This document shows positions 50,090-60,107 of a DNA stretch of 64,000 bases, piece after piece (the stretch's first letter is position 1; every line of letters begins with the position of its first letter). The notes beneath the pieces are model-generated. The model searched no databases and was not told the origin of the DNA. It saw only the letters and a list, made by a program, of their open reading frames with translations. Made by a program: the position numbers and the translations under genes. Origin of the DNA: Candidatus Hydrogenedentota bacterium. Lineage in GTDB: Bacteria > Hydrogenedentota > Hydrogenedentia > Hydrogenedentales > SLHB01. The stretch is from the NCBI GenBank assembly GCA_963745075.1, contig CAVUWV010000001.1, forward strand, positions 320,001-384,000, read 5' to 3'.

Positions 50090-51672
50090 ATGACAAACCA
50101 CCCCAAACGCCCCCGCCCTCAAAAACGAACGAATCTCGGCACCCCCTGCGCCCGCACCTGGACCAACGACTGGATCGCCACCGTCAACGCCAAAGAAGCC
50201 GGAACTCAACCACCGAATCTGCGGCGCCCGCCTCCCCGACGCCACGCCCGTTGCACCAATGCTTCCGACCACCCCTCCGGCCGCTGCCCATTCCACGGCG
50301 GATTCGACCTCACCGGCGCACCCCCCGGCAACCGCAACCACGTAATCCACGGCCTCTACTCCCGCCGCCTGAGACCCTGCACCCCCAACTGCCCCCACTG
50401 GGAAAATTGCCCCCTCGCCAACCGTCATCCTCATCCTCTCGAACGCGGGGAACACGGGGACCCATCTTCTCTCCAGCCTTCTACAAATCCACAATCGGAA
50501 GACCCATCTTCGCAATCCCAAACGTCCGATCCGACCGATCGGTGCGATCCGTCCCATTCTTCCCAACCCCCAAACCCCACACCCCCGCAACAGGATCGTC
50601 ATCCTCGCGACAGCGGGGACCCATCTTCCCAATCCGATCCGTCCAATTCTTCCGATCCGTCCTATAGGTCCCATACGTCCTATAGGTCCTATCCCCCCAA
50701 CGCCACGCCGACGCAATCACCGCCCACCTGCCCCTACCAACTCGCCGAATACAACACCGTCCTCACCGACGCCCTTGCCGTCGTCGAATCCCAGCCCCAC
50801 CCCAACCCCATGGGCATCCACGCCGCCCACAACGTCGCCATGCTCCAAGTCCTCGTCAACGCCGCCACCGCCCACTTAGCGCAAGCCCCAAACCTCGGGT
50901 CTTCCTCTGAAGCATGGCCTTCCCCCCCTGGGCACGGGCGTCCCGCCCGTGTTCTTCCTCTTCATCCGCGACATGGGCTTCAAGCCCATGTCCTCCCGAA
51001 AACCTTAACCCCAACACCATCCTCGCCTTCACCCGCCTCATGCGCGAGTACCGCCACACACTAAAACTTCTCCAAACACCGGGGTACACCCCCTTGAACC
51101 GTCACAATTCCGCGGGTGCACCCCCCTCCCCCGACGGCATCCTCCGCCACGTCCAACGCACCCAACACGACACCGGTCTCGACCCCGATTCCATCGCCGC
51201 CGCTCAACTCGAGCCCCAAACCCCCGAGACCCACGCCAAAGCCTACATCCAACGCGCCGCCCTCGCCGGAGGACAAGGTCGCGACGTGGAAATGTGCGAA
51301 GCCTTCGATAACGCCGCCCTCATCGACGAACCCTACGCCGAATCCGAACGCGATCACGTCCTGGCCAGCTACCGCCCCGCAAAACAATCCGTCTCCCAAG
51401 AACTCGCCGAACTCATCCTCGGCAACCTTCATCTGCCGCCCCGACCCACAACCCACGAACAGAACCCCGACACAACCAAGCCCAACACCGACCACCCAAC
51501 AAACGAAGAATCCGACGATGTGCTCCAACACTTCCTCGACCTCATAAGAGAAGGGAAAATGCCCCCCGAAGCCTTCCCCATCGGCTCCCCCCTCCGAGCC
51601 CACGTTGAAGCCATCTACACCGGCCCACCCACCACCACAACCAAGCCCACCGGCGAAGCCGGCTCCGAGTAG
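50090..51672 (+). CDS. HGGxSTG-like zinc-finger protein, terminase small subunit-like; frameshifted and REP-interrupted
   Basis: AAGGAG RBS; correcting two local indels gives ICGARLPDATPC...GRCPFHGG; then GAPPGNRNHVIHGLYS, a TerS-type motif; frame change at about 50900-51000 inside a REP-like insert. Confidence 0.6.
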
Positions 51673-51679
51673 TCCTTAT

Positions 51680-51826
51680 CCGTCCATATCGTCCGTGTAA
51701 GTCCGTGTAAGTCCGTGTAAGTCCGTGTAAGTCCGTGTAGCCCAGTTGTAGCGCAGGCGTCCCCGCCTGCAATTCCTGAGACAGAACCCCAAAGAATGCA
51801 GGCGGGGACGCCTGCGCTACATCCGC
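51680..51826. repeat. gtccgtgtaa x5 followed by a GTAG REP doublet
   Basis: gtagcgcaggcgtccccgcctgca ... tgcaggcggggacgcctgcgctac. Confidence 0.8.
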
Positions 51827-51959
51827 CGCTCAACCCCGGAGTGAACCCCCAAAAATGCTGCGCACCCCCAACCACCTATCGTCCTCCCCCTACTACCCAC
51901 CAAAGCTCAATAACGCAAGCAGGCTTGCCTCGCCGAAGCTGACAAGCGAAGGCGGGTCC

Positions 51960-53490
51960 ATGTGTCCGTCCATCCCATCCCGCACCCGCTTCGCCCGCCA
52001 CTACCTCCGCGACCGCCACGGTTCCCCCTGGGCGCCTTGGCCGTATCAGTCTTTGTCCTTGGAATCCCTCGCACCTCGGAAGGTGCATTGCGATGGGCGG
52101 GATGTGGGGAAAACGTCGGAGATCGAGATCGTGGCGGCGTGGGCGTCGGTGATGCGGCCGAATTCGCAGATGTTGATTGCGACGCAGTGTGAGAATCATT
52201 TGTTTCCGTTGATGGACCGGATCGTGCGGGTGTTTGAAAGCGATTCATGGAAAGAGGGACAGACCGGTCTCGACGGAATGAAAGAGGGCAATGAAAGAGG
52301 GACATGGGCGTGGAAAAGAGGGACAGACACGTCTCGCTTCGCTCGCTTGCGTCAGTCCCTCTTTTCCGGTCGCTGGGGTCAGTCCCTTGGTGGAGGTGAA
52401 GCGGACGCCGTCGTGGTGTTTGCGGTTTGCGAACGGGTTTGTGTTGTGGGGGCGGATTGCGGGGCCGCACGGGATGAATTTCCAGGGGCTGCACGTGGAT
52501 TGGCAGATTGTCGACGAGGCGCAGGAGATGACGGATGCGGCGTGGGAGGAGATGTTTCAGGCGTTGAACGCCGGCGGGTGGCGCTGGGTGTATGGGGTGC
52601 CGAACGGGTTGCGGAACACGTTTCACCGGATGACGACGGACCCGGACGCGGAGCAGTACAACTGGCCGTCGTCGTCGAATCCGGCGTGGTCGGCGGAGAA
52701 GGAGGCGGAGTTGGCGCGGCTGTATGGCGGCAAGGATTCGCCGGGGTACATCCATCGGGTGCTGGGGCAACACGGTTCGCCGGCGTATGCGGTGTTCGAT
52801 CTGAATGCGTATCTCGCGTGTGTGGACGGGGGGCTGGAGTGGTTCGAGGCGTCGCTGGGGGAGGACGATCCCTTCGAGGCACCGTCGGGCGTGGCGAAGG
52901 GCACCCATTATCTGGGCTGCGACCTGGGGTACGTGCGCGATCCGTCGGAGTTTGTGATCTACCGGAGTGCGCCGCCGGATTTGGTGAACGTGGGGCGGGT
53001 ACACTTGCACGGGGTCAATTATCATCGGCAGCAGGGCATCATCGAGGAGTTGGATCGCGCGTATGACTTCCGGGCGATCGGCATCGATGCGGGGAACAAC
53101 GGGAGCGCGGTGGCGCATAACCTGAAGAACATCGACGTGGACTGGCATGAGAAGGTCATGGCGTTCGAGTTCGGGGGCGTATGCGAAGCGGGGTCGTTTC
53201 CGGACGGGTCGCCGGACCGGCGTCCGACGAAGCTGTTCATGACGGAGCTGTTGCAGCGGCGGATGGCGGACCGGACGATTGTGTTTCCGCCGCCGGCGGA
53301 TCGGGAGTCGCAGTACGCGGGGCACACGTATACCGCCGGGATGCGGGGGCAGGTCCTGTTCGACAAGGGGAACGACCACATTATCGACGCGGATCGGTGC
53401 GCGGTGCTGGCGCATTACCTCGACACGCAGGAGGTGGGGGCGCAGAACGTCGGTGGGTACTATCCCCGTCTCCGGTTGGAGGCGTTTTAG
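51960..53490 (+). CDS. Phage terminase large subunit-like protein (ATPase plus RNase H nuclease); 1-nt frameshift near 52385 and a palindromic insert
   Basis: PWPYQ (adenine-binding Q), GRDVGKT (Walker A), QIVDEAQ (Walker B), GVPNG (motif III-like), YLGCDLG, GIDA and NDHIIDA nuclease aspartates. Confidence 0.8.
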
Positions 53491-53633
53491 TGTTGCAAGT
53501 TGGCGAATCCCTTACAATTCAATCGAAATCGAAATCGAAATCGAATTGCAAAGGCAACGTGTCTGCGATTTCGATCCCGATTTCGGCAGCGGCGAGACTG
53601 GCATGCTGCGCAGTCAGGAGCGCGCGGCGCAAC

Positions 53634-53879
53634 TTACGTATCGGACGTGACATTTTCGCGCCAGCGCGCTTCAATCGTGTCAGCGGAAAGATCGGCCCCG
53701 CACCGCCACTCGACATAGTAGCTCCCGTTGCGAACCTGGGAAAACTCGACCCAGTTTCGCAACGGCACAAAGGCCGGCGATTCGAAATACGGGCGAACAT
53801 CGAAGATGCCGGAGCGGCCGTCTTCGGCGACCACATGCAGCGTGCCGTTTTCCTGTGGAGTGACCGTTGCGATTCTCAC
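53634..53879 (-). CDS. DUF2442 putative antitoxin
   Basis: DG.SG.FD..PY...F.PL...F..V...VEW..GADL..DTI; GTGA overlap with DUF4160. Confidence 0.8.
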   Translation of the reverse strand: MRIATVTPQENGTLHVVAEDGRSGIFDVRPYFESPAFVPLRNWVEFSQVRNGSYYVEWRCGADLSADTIEARWRENVTSDT

Positions 53880-54148
53880 TGATCCAATCCTCGAATAGGC
53901 AAGGGATTCTGGCCGTTTACAGCCAGTTCCCAATCCGCCATCAAGTCTTCCTGATGAATCTCGATCCAGGCGACCACCAGTTTATGCTTCTTCGGCGGCA
54001 GACTACCTGCCAACACGCTTCCGTCCGCAATCGAATACACGGCGACCTCGCCCTGATAGTCCGCATGAATGTGTGGCAAGTGATGTCTGTCTGTGTCGTG
54101 AAAGAACATTCGGATCAAAATGCCGTAGAACATCGATATCGTAGGCAT
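53876..54148 (-). CDS. DUF4160 putative toxin
   Basis: MPTISMFYGILIRM...HHLPHIHA.Y...WIEIH..DLMADW. Confidence 0.88.
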   Translation of the reverse strand: MPTISMFYGILIRMFFHDTDRHHLPHIHADYQGEVAVYSIADGSVLAGSLPPKKHKLVVAWIEIHQEDLMADWELAVNGQNPLPIRGLDQ

Positions 54149-54325
54149 GCGACCTGCTCCTGTTTCTCACGGCGCCCAGAGATGACCGATGTATCCAGTT
54201 TTCTCGGAGCAACGGCCATCCATAGCTTACGCAGTCATTATTCCACGTCAATCGCGCCCCGGTCTACCTCGTCCGTGGTAGTTTCCACGGGGGCCGCCTC
54301 CCCTACTTGCGCCGCCGTCTCGCCG

Positions 54326-55252
54326 CTACCCTTTCAGCGCGCCGACGGTGATGCCGCGGGTGAGTTGCCGCTGCAAGAGGATGTACACGAAGAGCGTGGG
54401 GAGCAACACGATGACCAGTCCCGCGAACATCAACCCGAAATCGGTCTTGTACTGGGCCTGAATGCTGACCGCGGCCAGACCGAGCGGCAGGGTCTTGTGG
54501 GAGTCCGAGTTCACGAAGACGAGGGCGAAGAGGTATTCGTTCCAGATGCCGAGGAAGTTGAAGATGGCGGCGGTAACCAAACCGGGTTTTGCGAGCGGGA
54601 GCATGATGTGGCGGAACACGCTGTACTCCGAGCAGCCGTCGATGATGCCCGCTTCGCGCAGGGTGCCGGGGAGGGATTTGAAGAAGCCGGTCAACACGAG
54701 AATCGTAAACGGAAGACTGAGGGCGACGTAGATCGTGATGAGCCCCGTGAAGGTATCGTGCAGGTGCATCTCGTATCCCAGGGGCGACAACAGCGCGGTG
54801 CCCCATCGCGATAACGCGGTGAATTGAAAAAAGAGGGGGATGAGCACGAGTTGCGCGGGGATCATCAGGCCGCTGACGAAGTAGAGGAAGAGCAGCCGGC
54901 TTCCGCGGAATGGGAATTTGGCGAGTACGTAGGCCGCCATCGCGGACACGCCGAGGATCCCCAACAAGGAGATCGATGTGACCAGGATGCTGTTGAAGAA
55001 GAACCGGCTGAACTTCGATTTCACCCAGGCCTTCTGGTAGTTGGACACCACGGCCTGCGCCGGCGTTTCCACATCCGGGTTGTCGGCATAAGGGGAACCG
55101 GTAACCAACCAGGGAATGCCAAAGGGGTCTTCGACGAACTCTTTGGAACTGCGGGCCGAACTTGCAACGACCCACAGCAAGGGCATCACCACGGCCAGCA
55201 ACCAGACGACCAGGATGAAATAGAGCGCTATGCGTCCCAATGCCGAAATCAT
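54326..55252 (-). CDS. Carbohydrate ABC transporter permease (MalG-like)
   Basis: F.NS, AAY.LAKF.F.G, EAGIIDGCS EAA loop, WNEYL. Confidence 0.9.
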   Translation of the reverse strand: MISALGRIALYFILVVWLLAVVMPLLWVVASSARSSKEFVEDPFGIPWLVTGSPYADNPDVETPAQAVVSNYQKAWVKSKFSRFFFNSILVTSISLLGILGVSAMAAYVLAKFPFRGSRLLFLYFVSGLMIPAQLVLIPLFFQFTALSRWGTALLSPLGYEMHLHDTFTGLITIYVALSLPFTILVLTGFFKSLPGTLREAGIIDGCSEYSVFRHIMLPLAKPGLVTAAIFNFLGIWNEYLFALVFVNSDSHKTLPLGLAAVSIQAQYKTDFGLMFAGLVIVLLPTLFVYILLQRQLTRGITVGALKG

Positions 55253-56154
55253 CAGTATTCCAAGGCCTCCCTCCGGGAAAACCGCAACGTTACCAGTGTT
55301 GCCAGAAACACGAGGACAAACAGCATGACCGCCACGGCGGACCCGTAGCCGACGTTGTATTCGCTGAACACCTTTTGGTAGAGCAGCGTCGCCATGACGT
55401 GGGTCTCGCGCGAGGGCCATTCGTTGTCCATGATCCACACGGCCTCGAACAGTTTGAGACTCGTGATAACGAGAAAGACGATGCCGACGACGAGCACTTC
55501 GCGGATCAGGGGCAGGGTGATATGCCAAAACTGACGAAACGGGGAGGCGCCTTCCAATTCCGCGACTTCGTAGAAGGACTCCGGGATTCCTTCCATGGCG
55601 GCCAGAAACAACACCATGTAGAAGCCGGTCATGGTCCATACCAACATCGGCACGATGGAATAGATGAGGTACTGCTTGCCCGTGAAGGGGAAGGGGAGAT
55701 CGAGGGTGGGCCAGTGAAAATGGGCCTGCAACCACGCGAGAAATCCGTTCACGACGCCGAATTCCGTGGTGCTGTACAGGAGGACCCAAAGCAGCGCGAT
55801 GGCAACCGATGCAATGACGTTGGGGAAGAAAAACGCGACGCGGAAGATGGCAGCCCCGCGAACGCGCCGATGCAGGACCGATGCGAAGAACAGCGAAAGC
55901 ACCAGGACCATGCTGCCGGCGGTGACGGTCAAAAACACGTTGTGCCCGAGAGCCAGCCGGAACAACCCGTCATCCGTGAACAATGCGCGGAAATTCGCCA
56001 ATCCGACCCATTTGGGCGTCGAGAGGCCGTCCCATTTTTCGAGGCTGTACAGCAGCGCCCGCACGCCGGGGATCGCCACGAATCCAGTGAACAGCAGAAA
56101 CGCCGGTGTCAGAAACGTGAGGATGAAGACCGTCTGTTCCCGCGTGCGTTTCAC
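55252..56154 (-). CDS. Carbohydrate ABC transporter permease (MalF-like)
   Basis: VGLANF, FFFPNV, YEVAELEGAS..RQFWHITLP, GYGSA. Confidence 0.9.
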   Translation of the reverse strand: MKRTREQTVFILTFLTPAFLLFTGFVAIPGVRALLYSLEKWDGLSTPKWVGLANFRALFTDDGLFRLALGHNVFLTVTAGSMVLVLSLFFASVLHRRVRGAAIFRVAFFFPNVIASVAIALLWVLLYSTTEFGVVNGFLAWLQAHFHWPTLDLPFPFTGKQYLIYSIVPMLVWTMTGFYMVLFLAAMEGIPESFYEVAELEGASPFRQFWHITLPLIREVLVVGIVFLVITSLKLFEAVWIMDNEWPSRETHVMATLLYQKVFSEYNVGYGSAVAVMLFVLVFLATLVTLRFSRREALEY

Positions 56155-57548
56155 GGTTTTTCTCCGAAGGCCGTGGGGTCGTAGGGGGAGAAGTTTGGAA
56201 TGATGGTGTCAGGATTGGCACGGGCGCGCGTGATGCCGTCGTCCATCCGTTTGCCGAATTCTTCGGGCGTAATGGATCCCTCGAGCAACGCGCCCAGCGC
56301 GGGAGTCATGACTTGCTGCGTCCATTCCAGAAGCAAGGTATCGAGCCGCACATTGAAAATGCCGGGCGCGCCATGGATGCGCGATGCGTCCATCATGTCG
56401 AGAACCGATTGCAGCGCCGGGGTGACGGCCGACCGGGGCGTTCCCTCTTGGATGGGGGAAATGACGCCGATACTCGCGCCCATGTCCGGCGCGTTCCGCG
56501 GCGACACCATGAAGCGCGTGAAGTCTGCGGCGATATCCGTGTACCGGCCGTCCGACGGCATGTAGACACACTCGGCGCCCAGTCCGTTGAATAGTTTGGG
56601 ATTGCCGTTGCCGCCGTCGACCGCGGGGACGTTGAAACAACGCAATTCGAAGCCCGGGGGGATGATGTCCTTTTGCTCGTTCTCGAGCCAGACCCCGCAA
56701 AAGATCATCGCCGCGCGATTGTTGCAGAACTGAAGCTGGCTCTCGGTGTGGGTCATGGCCATGGCGCCCCGTTGAAAGTAGTGGGTCGCCATCTCCTGGA
56801 GCAAGCGCGCGGCCCACAACGCGTCCGGTTCGCTGAAGGCGCCGGGTTCCAATGCGTTCATGCGATTGATTAGCGAGAGCCCGCCGCATCGTTGCGCGAG
56901 CGAGATGTAGGTGAACCACGAGTAATACGGATATTTCCCCTGAAACGCGATGGGGGCGATTCCTTCGGATTGGATTTGCTCGCACAAGGTCTCGAACGCG
57001 GACCACGTGGTGGGGATGTTCCACCCGTGCTCGCGGAACTGGCGGGCGTCGTACCAGCAGCCCCAGGCGCCGAAGCTCGTTGGGATGGCGTAGACGTGGC
57101 CGTCGCTTTTGTACGCGTCGAGCGTACCGGGAATAAAGAGGTCTCTCCAAGGTCTGTCGCTGCCGTACGCCGGTTTGTCGAGTTCGTCGTCGAATGGTTT
57201 CAACTTCCCGGTACTGATCATCAGCCAGAGGGGCAAGCGGTTATCCAGAACCAGCGCCGGCGGGTCACCGCGCAAGACCCGCGGTTTAATCTTTTCGGCA
57301 ATGCGGGGTTCTCCCCAGAGGTCGATTTCGATGCCATCGTCGCGATGGGCGGCCGTGTATTCGGCCGCGATCTTTTGATGCCAGTAGATGCCGTAGCCCC
57401 CTTCAAAAACGGCTACCTCGACGTGGCGGATAGCACCTTCCCCGACCTGGGCCGGCCGGATGACGCCGTCCCAGAACAAGAAACCGATGCAGCACACAAT
57501 CGCGACGAAGACGCCTGCGAGACCGGATATGCGAAGGAGCAGATTCAC
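56151..57548 (-). CDS. Carbohydrate ABC transporter solute-binding protein (NgcE-like)
   Basis: VAVFEGGYG, YAIP, PTTW..F, QGKYPYY, HTESQ..F, G.WLENE. Confidence 0.85.
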   Translation of the reverse strand: MNLLLRISGLAGVFVAIVCCIGFLFWDGVIRPAQVGEGAIRHVEVAVFEGGYGIYWHQKIAAEYTAAHRDDGIEIDLWGEPRIAEKIKPRVLRGDPPALVLDNRLPLWLMISTGKLKPFDDELDKPAYGSDRPWRDLFIPGTLDAYKSDGHVYAIPTSFGAWGCWYDARQFREHGWNIPTTWSAFETLCEQIQSEGIAPIAFQGKYPYYSWFTYISLAQRCGGLSLINRMNALEPGAFSEPDALWAARLLQEMATHYFQRGAMAMTHTESQLQFCNNRAAMIFCGVWLENEQKDIIPPGFELRCFNVPAVDGGNGNPKLFNGLGAECVYMPSDGRYTDIAADFTRFMVSPRNAPDMGASIGVISPIQEGTPRSAVTPALQSVLDMMDASRIHGAPGIFNVRLDTLLLEWTQQVMTPALGALLEGSITPEEFGKRMDDGITRARANPDTIIPNFSPYDPTAFGEKP

Positions 57549-57678
57549 GCAGCGATTGTAGTGACTCGTCGTGGAGGAGGCAAGACAGCAACGAGGCGCG
57601 GGGAGTCGTCGTGCAGCCTGCCTCCGACCCTGCTATAATGCGAAGACAGCGATGTCAACGGGGTACAGAGGGGGCTTC

Positions 57679-58728
57679 ATGTCAAGTGTCGATGAGGTTG
57701 AACGGTATTTTGAGGTTGGCCGCGCCGTCGTCCTGCAATCGAAGCGGATCCAGGGGGAAGAGGGACGCGTGCGCACGTTCGTGCGCGGTTGGCAGCGGGG
57801 CGCCTACCTGTTGTTGGATGTCCCGCGCAAAGAAGTGGGAAATGCGTCGCTTCGCGTGAACGACCCCTGCGTGCTCCGGTTTCTTGCGGAGGGAGACGCG
57901 TGCGGATGCAACGCGGAGGTGGAGGATCTCGGCACGGGATCCCACTTCTCGTATATCCGGGTCACCTGGCCCCGCGACGTATCCTGCGTTCGGGTACGAA
58001 AGTACGAGCGCGTTCACGTGCACACTTCTTGTTCCGTACGTTTGGACAACGACAAAACGATTGAAGGAGAACTGGTCGACCTGAGCGCGGGCGGCTGCAA
58101 AGTCCGAGTGCCGCATATCCTGCCAAAGGGGGACCGAATCGTAATGTCTTTTTGCCTGCCGGACGGTTCCGCGGTTGATGAGATCGTGGCGGTCGTTTGC
58201 GCGTCGGCCGAGGATTCAGAGGGCGCCTGGGTCGGGTGCGAATACCACGACCCGGAGGAAGGGGCCATCTACGATATCGAGTTTTTTGTCGCGGCCACGC
58301 TTGCCCGTCTGCGCGCGGAACCCCCGGAGAGTCCGCATGTACTTGTCATTGAACCGGACTTGAGCAAGGTGAACGACCTTCGCATCGGGCTCAAATCTGC
58401 CGGATACGAAGTAATCCTGGCGCCCGGTCCTGTGGATGGTTTCTTCTGGTTGCGTTTGTCGACGCCGTCCGTCCTGGTGGCTTCGGCCGAGCAGCAGGTC
58501 ATCAGCGGAGCGGACATTGTCGGAATCATAAAGACAACCCGTCAATTCAAAAATCTGCCCGTTATCGTATACGGCGGCGACGCCACCATCGGGAAACGGG
58601 CGATGGAAGCGGGCGCGGCATTTCACGTGCCATCAGCGGCCGACGTGCAGAAGATTACCGGCGCGGTAAAAGAGTTAATCGAAAAGAATGCGCGCAAACC
58701 CGAGGAAACCGCCGGCACCGGCCTCTGA
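57679..58728 (+). CDS. YcgR-like flagellar brake (PilZN plus PilZ) fused to a pseudo-receiver domain
   Basis: RKYER (RxxxR) and DLSAGG (DxSxGG); C-terminal REC-like fold lacking the phospho-Asp. Confidence 0.8.
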   Translation: MSSVDEVERYFEVGRAVVLQSKRIQGEEGRVRTFVRGWQRGAYLLLDVPRKEVGNASLRVNDPCVLRFLAEGDACGCNAEVEDLGTGSHFSYIRVTWPRDVSCVRVRKYERVHVHTSCSVRLDNDKTIEGELVDLSAGGCKVRVPHILPKGDRIVMSFCLPDGSAVDEIVAVVCASAEDSEGAWVGCEYHDPEEGAIYDIEFFVAATLARLRAEPPESPHVLVIEPDLSKVNDLRIGLKSAGYEVILAPGPVDGFFWLRLSTPSVLVASAEQQVISGADIVGIIKTTRQFKNLPVIVYGGDATIGKRAMEAGAAFHVPSAADVQKITGAVKELIEKNARKPEETAGTGL

Positions 58729-58732
58729 ATGC

Positions 58733-59860
58733 TCAAAACACCCGCAGAACGATGCAGTTCAAGTAGGCGGTTTCGGGCATGGTCAAGAGGACCGGATGAT
58801 CCCGAGCGGCCCCACGTTCTTCCAGGACCCACACGTCGCGCTGCGCGGCCCGTGCAGCCCGCTTCAAGACTTCGACAAACGCCGGTCCGTCCATGAAATG
58901 GGAACAGGTGCTCGTGACCAGATACCCGCCCGGTTCGACCGCCTCCATGGCATCCCGGTTCAACGCCTGATACAACCCCGCGGCTTTGCGGCTCTGGCCG
59001 CGTGACTTTGCGAAGGCCGGGGGATCCAGTATCACGAGGTCGTACCGTTGGCCCCGTTGGAGCGCGGTGCGCACGTCCACGCATTCGAAAATGCACCGAT
59101 CGCTGAGCGCGTTCCGTTCCGCATTGCGCCTGGCGTGCGCGATGGCCGTCTCCGAAGAATCGACCGCCAATACCGACGCGGCGCCGGCCGCCGCCATATG
59201 GCAAGCCCATTGCCCCGAATAACAATGCCCGTCGAAGACTCGGGCGCCGCGGGCCAATGAACGTGCCGCGAGTACGTTCTCCCGCTGATCCAGAAATGCA
59301 CCGGTCTTTTGTCCGCGCTCAAGATCAACTACGAATTGCAATCCACCGTGGCTCACTTCAACGGAACCCGGCGCCTCGCCCGCGTTGCGCCGGCCGCCCG
59401 GCAGGTTCAGTTGTACGCCTTCGACGCCATCGTGGCGCGTGAGGATCGAGGCGAGGGCGTCCCCGTACGCCGCGTAAAACGCGCATCCGGACTGAACGAC
59501 CGCAACCGGCCCGTACCGGTCGATCACCATGCCCGGCAACCGGTCGCTCTCGCCATGAACCCAGCGATAGAAAGTTTCCCCCGGATACAAGCGGTCGCGA
59601 AACTGCTTCGCCTGCGCGATACGACGCTCGAGCAAATCTGTATCGACCGTCTCCGTCTCGCGTTTTGTGATCAACCGAATCGCGATTCCGCCGGTTGCCT
59701 GGTAAAAACCCCTGCCGACGAACCGGCCCCGGTCCGACACGATGTCGACCACCGTTCCGTCTTCCACCCGAGGCAATCGCGCGAACTCATTCCGGTAGGC
59801 CCACAAATGCCCGCGCAACAGGCGGCGGTCTTCTTTTGCTTTTAAGATTGCTGTATCCAT
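58733..59860 (-). CDS. rlmI: RlmI-like rRNA m5C SAM methyltransferase with PUA domain
   Basis: GHLW, HGESDRLPG..IDRY, GQKTG.FLDQREN, ILDPPAF, DHP...PET.YL. Confidence 0.85.
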   Translation of the reverse strand: MDTAILKAKEDRRLLRGHLWAYRNEFARLPRVEDGTVVDIVSDRGRFVGRGFYQATGGIAIRLITKRETETVDTDLLERRIAQAKQFRDRLYPGETFYRWVHGESDRLPGMVIDRYGPVAVVQSGCAFYAAYGDALASILTRHDGVEGVQLNLPGGRRNAGEAPGSVEVSHGGLQFVVDLERGQKTGAFLDQRENVLAARSLARGARVFDGHCYSGQWACHMAAAGAASVLAVDSSETAIAHARRNAERNALSDRCIFECVDVRTALQRGQRYDLVILDPPAFAKSRGQSRKAAGLYQALNRDAMEAVEPGGYLVTSTCSHFMDGPAFVEVLKRAARAAQRDVWVLEERGAARDHPVLLTMPETAYLNCIVLRVF

Positions 59861-59982
59861 AAGCGGAAGAGTGTACCGCAAACCGGCGTGTACTTGCGAG
59901 GAAATTGTTGTCAGGAATTTGTTGTCGTTCGGGCCGATTCGCCCACCGCCGCCGAACCGTGGACATCCGGACAGCCAAAAGA

Positions 59983-60011
59983 TTGATCCGTTCCCCGTCG
60001 TTCGCTATACT
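59983..60011 (+). promoter_or_regulatory. Sigma70 promoter of tRNA-Ala
   Basis: TTGATC-17 nt-TATACT, 20 nt upstream of the tRNA. Confidence 0.6.
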
Positions 60012-60031
60012 ATCGCCTCGTCTGAACCCAT

Positions 60032-60107
60032 GGGGATGTAGCTCAGTTGGGAGAGCGCTTGTCTGGCAGACAAGAGGTCAGGGGTTCGATTCCCCTCATC
60101 TCCACCA
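60032..60107 (+). tRNA. tRNA-Ala(GGC)
   Basis: GGGGATG...CATCTCC-ACCA acceptor with G3:U70; anticodon stem cttgt/acaag, loop ctGGCag; GGTTCGA T-loop; 76 nt. Confidence 0.97.

Noticed and set aside
50090..54148. Intact prophage
   Set aside because: No integrase, portal, capsid, tail or lysis genes, and no att repeats seen
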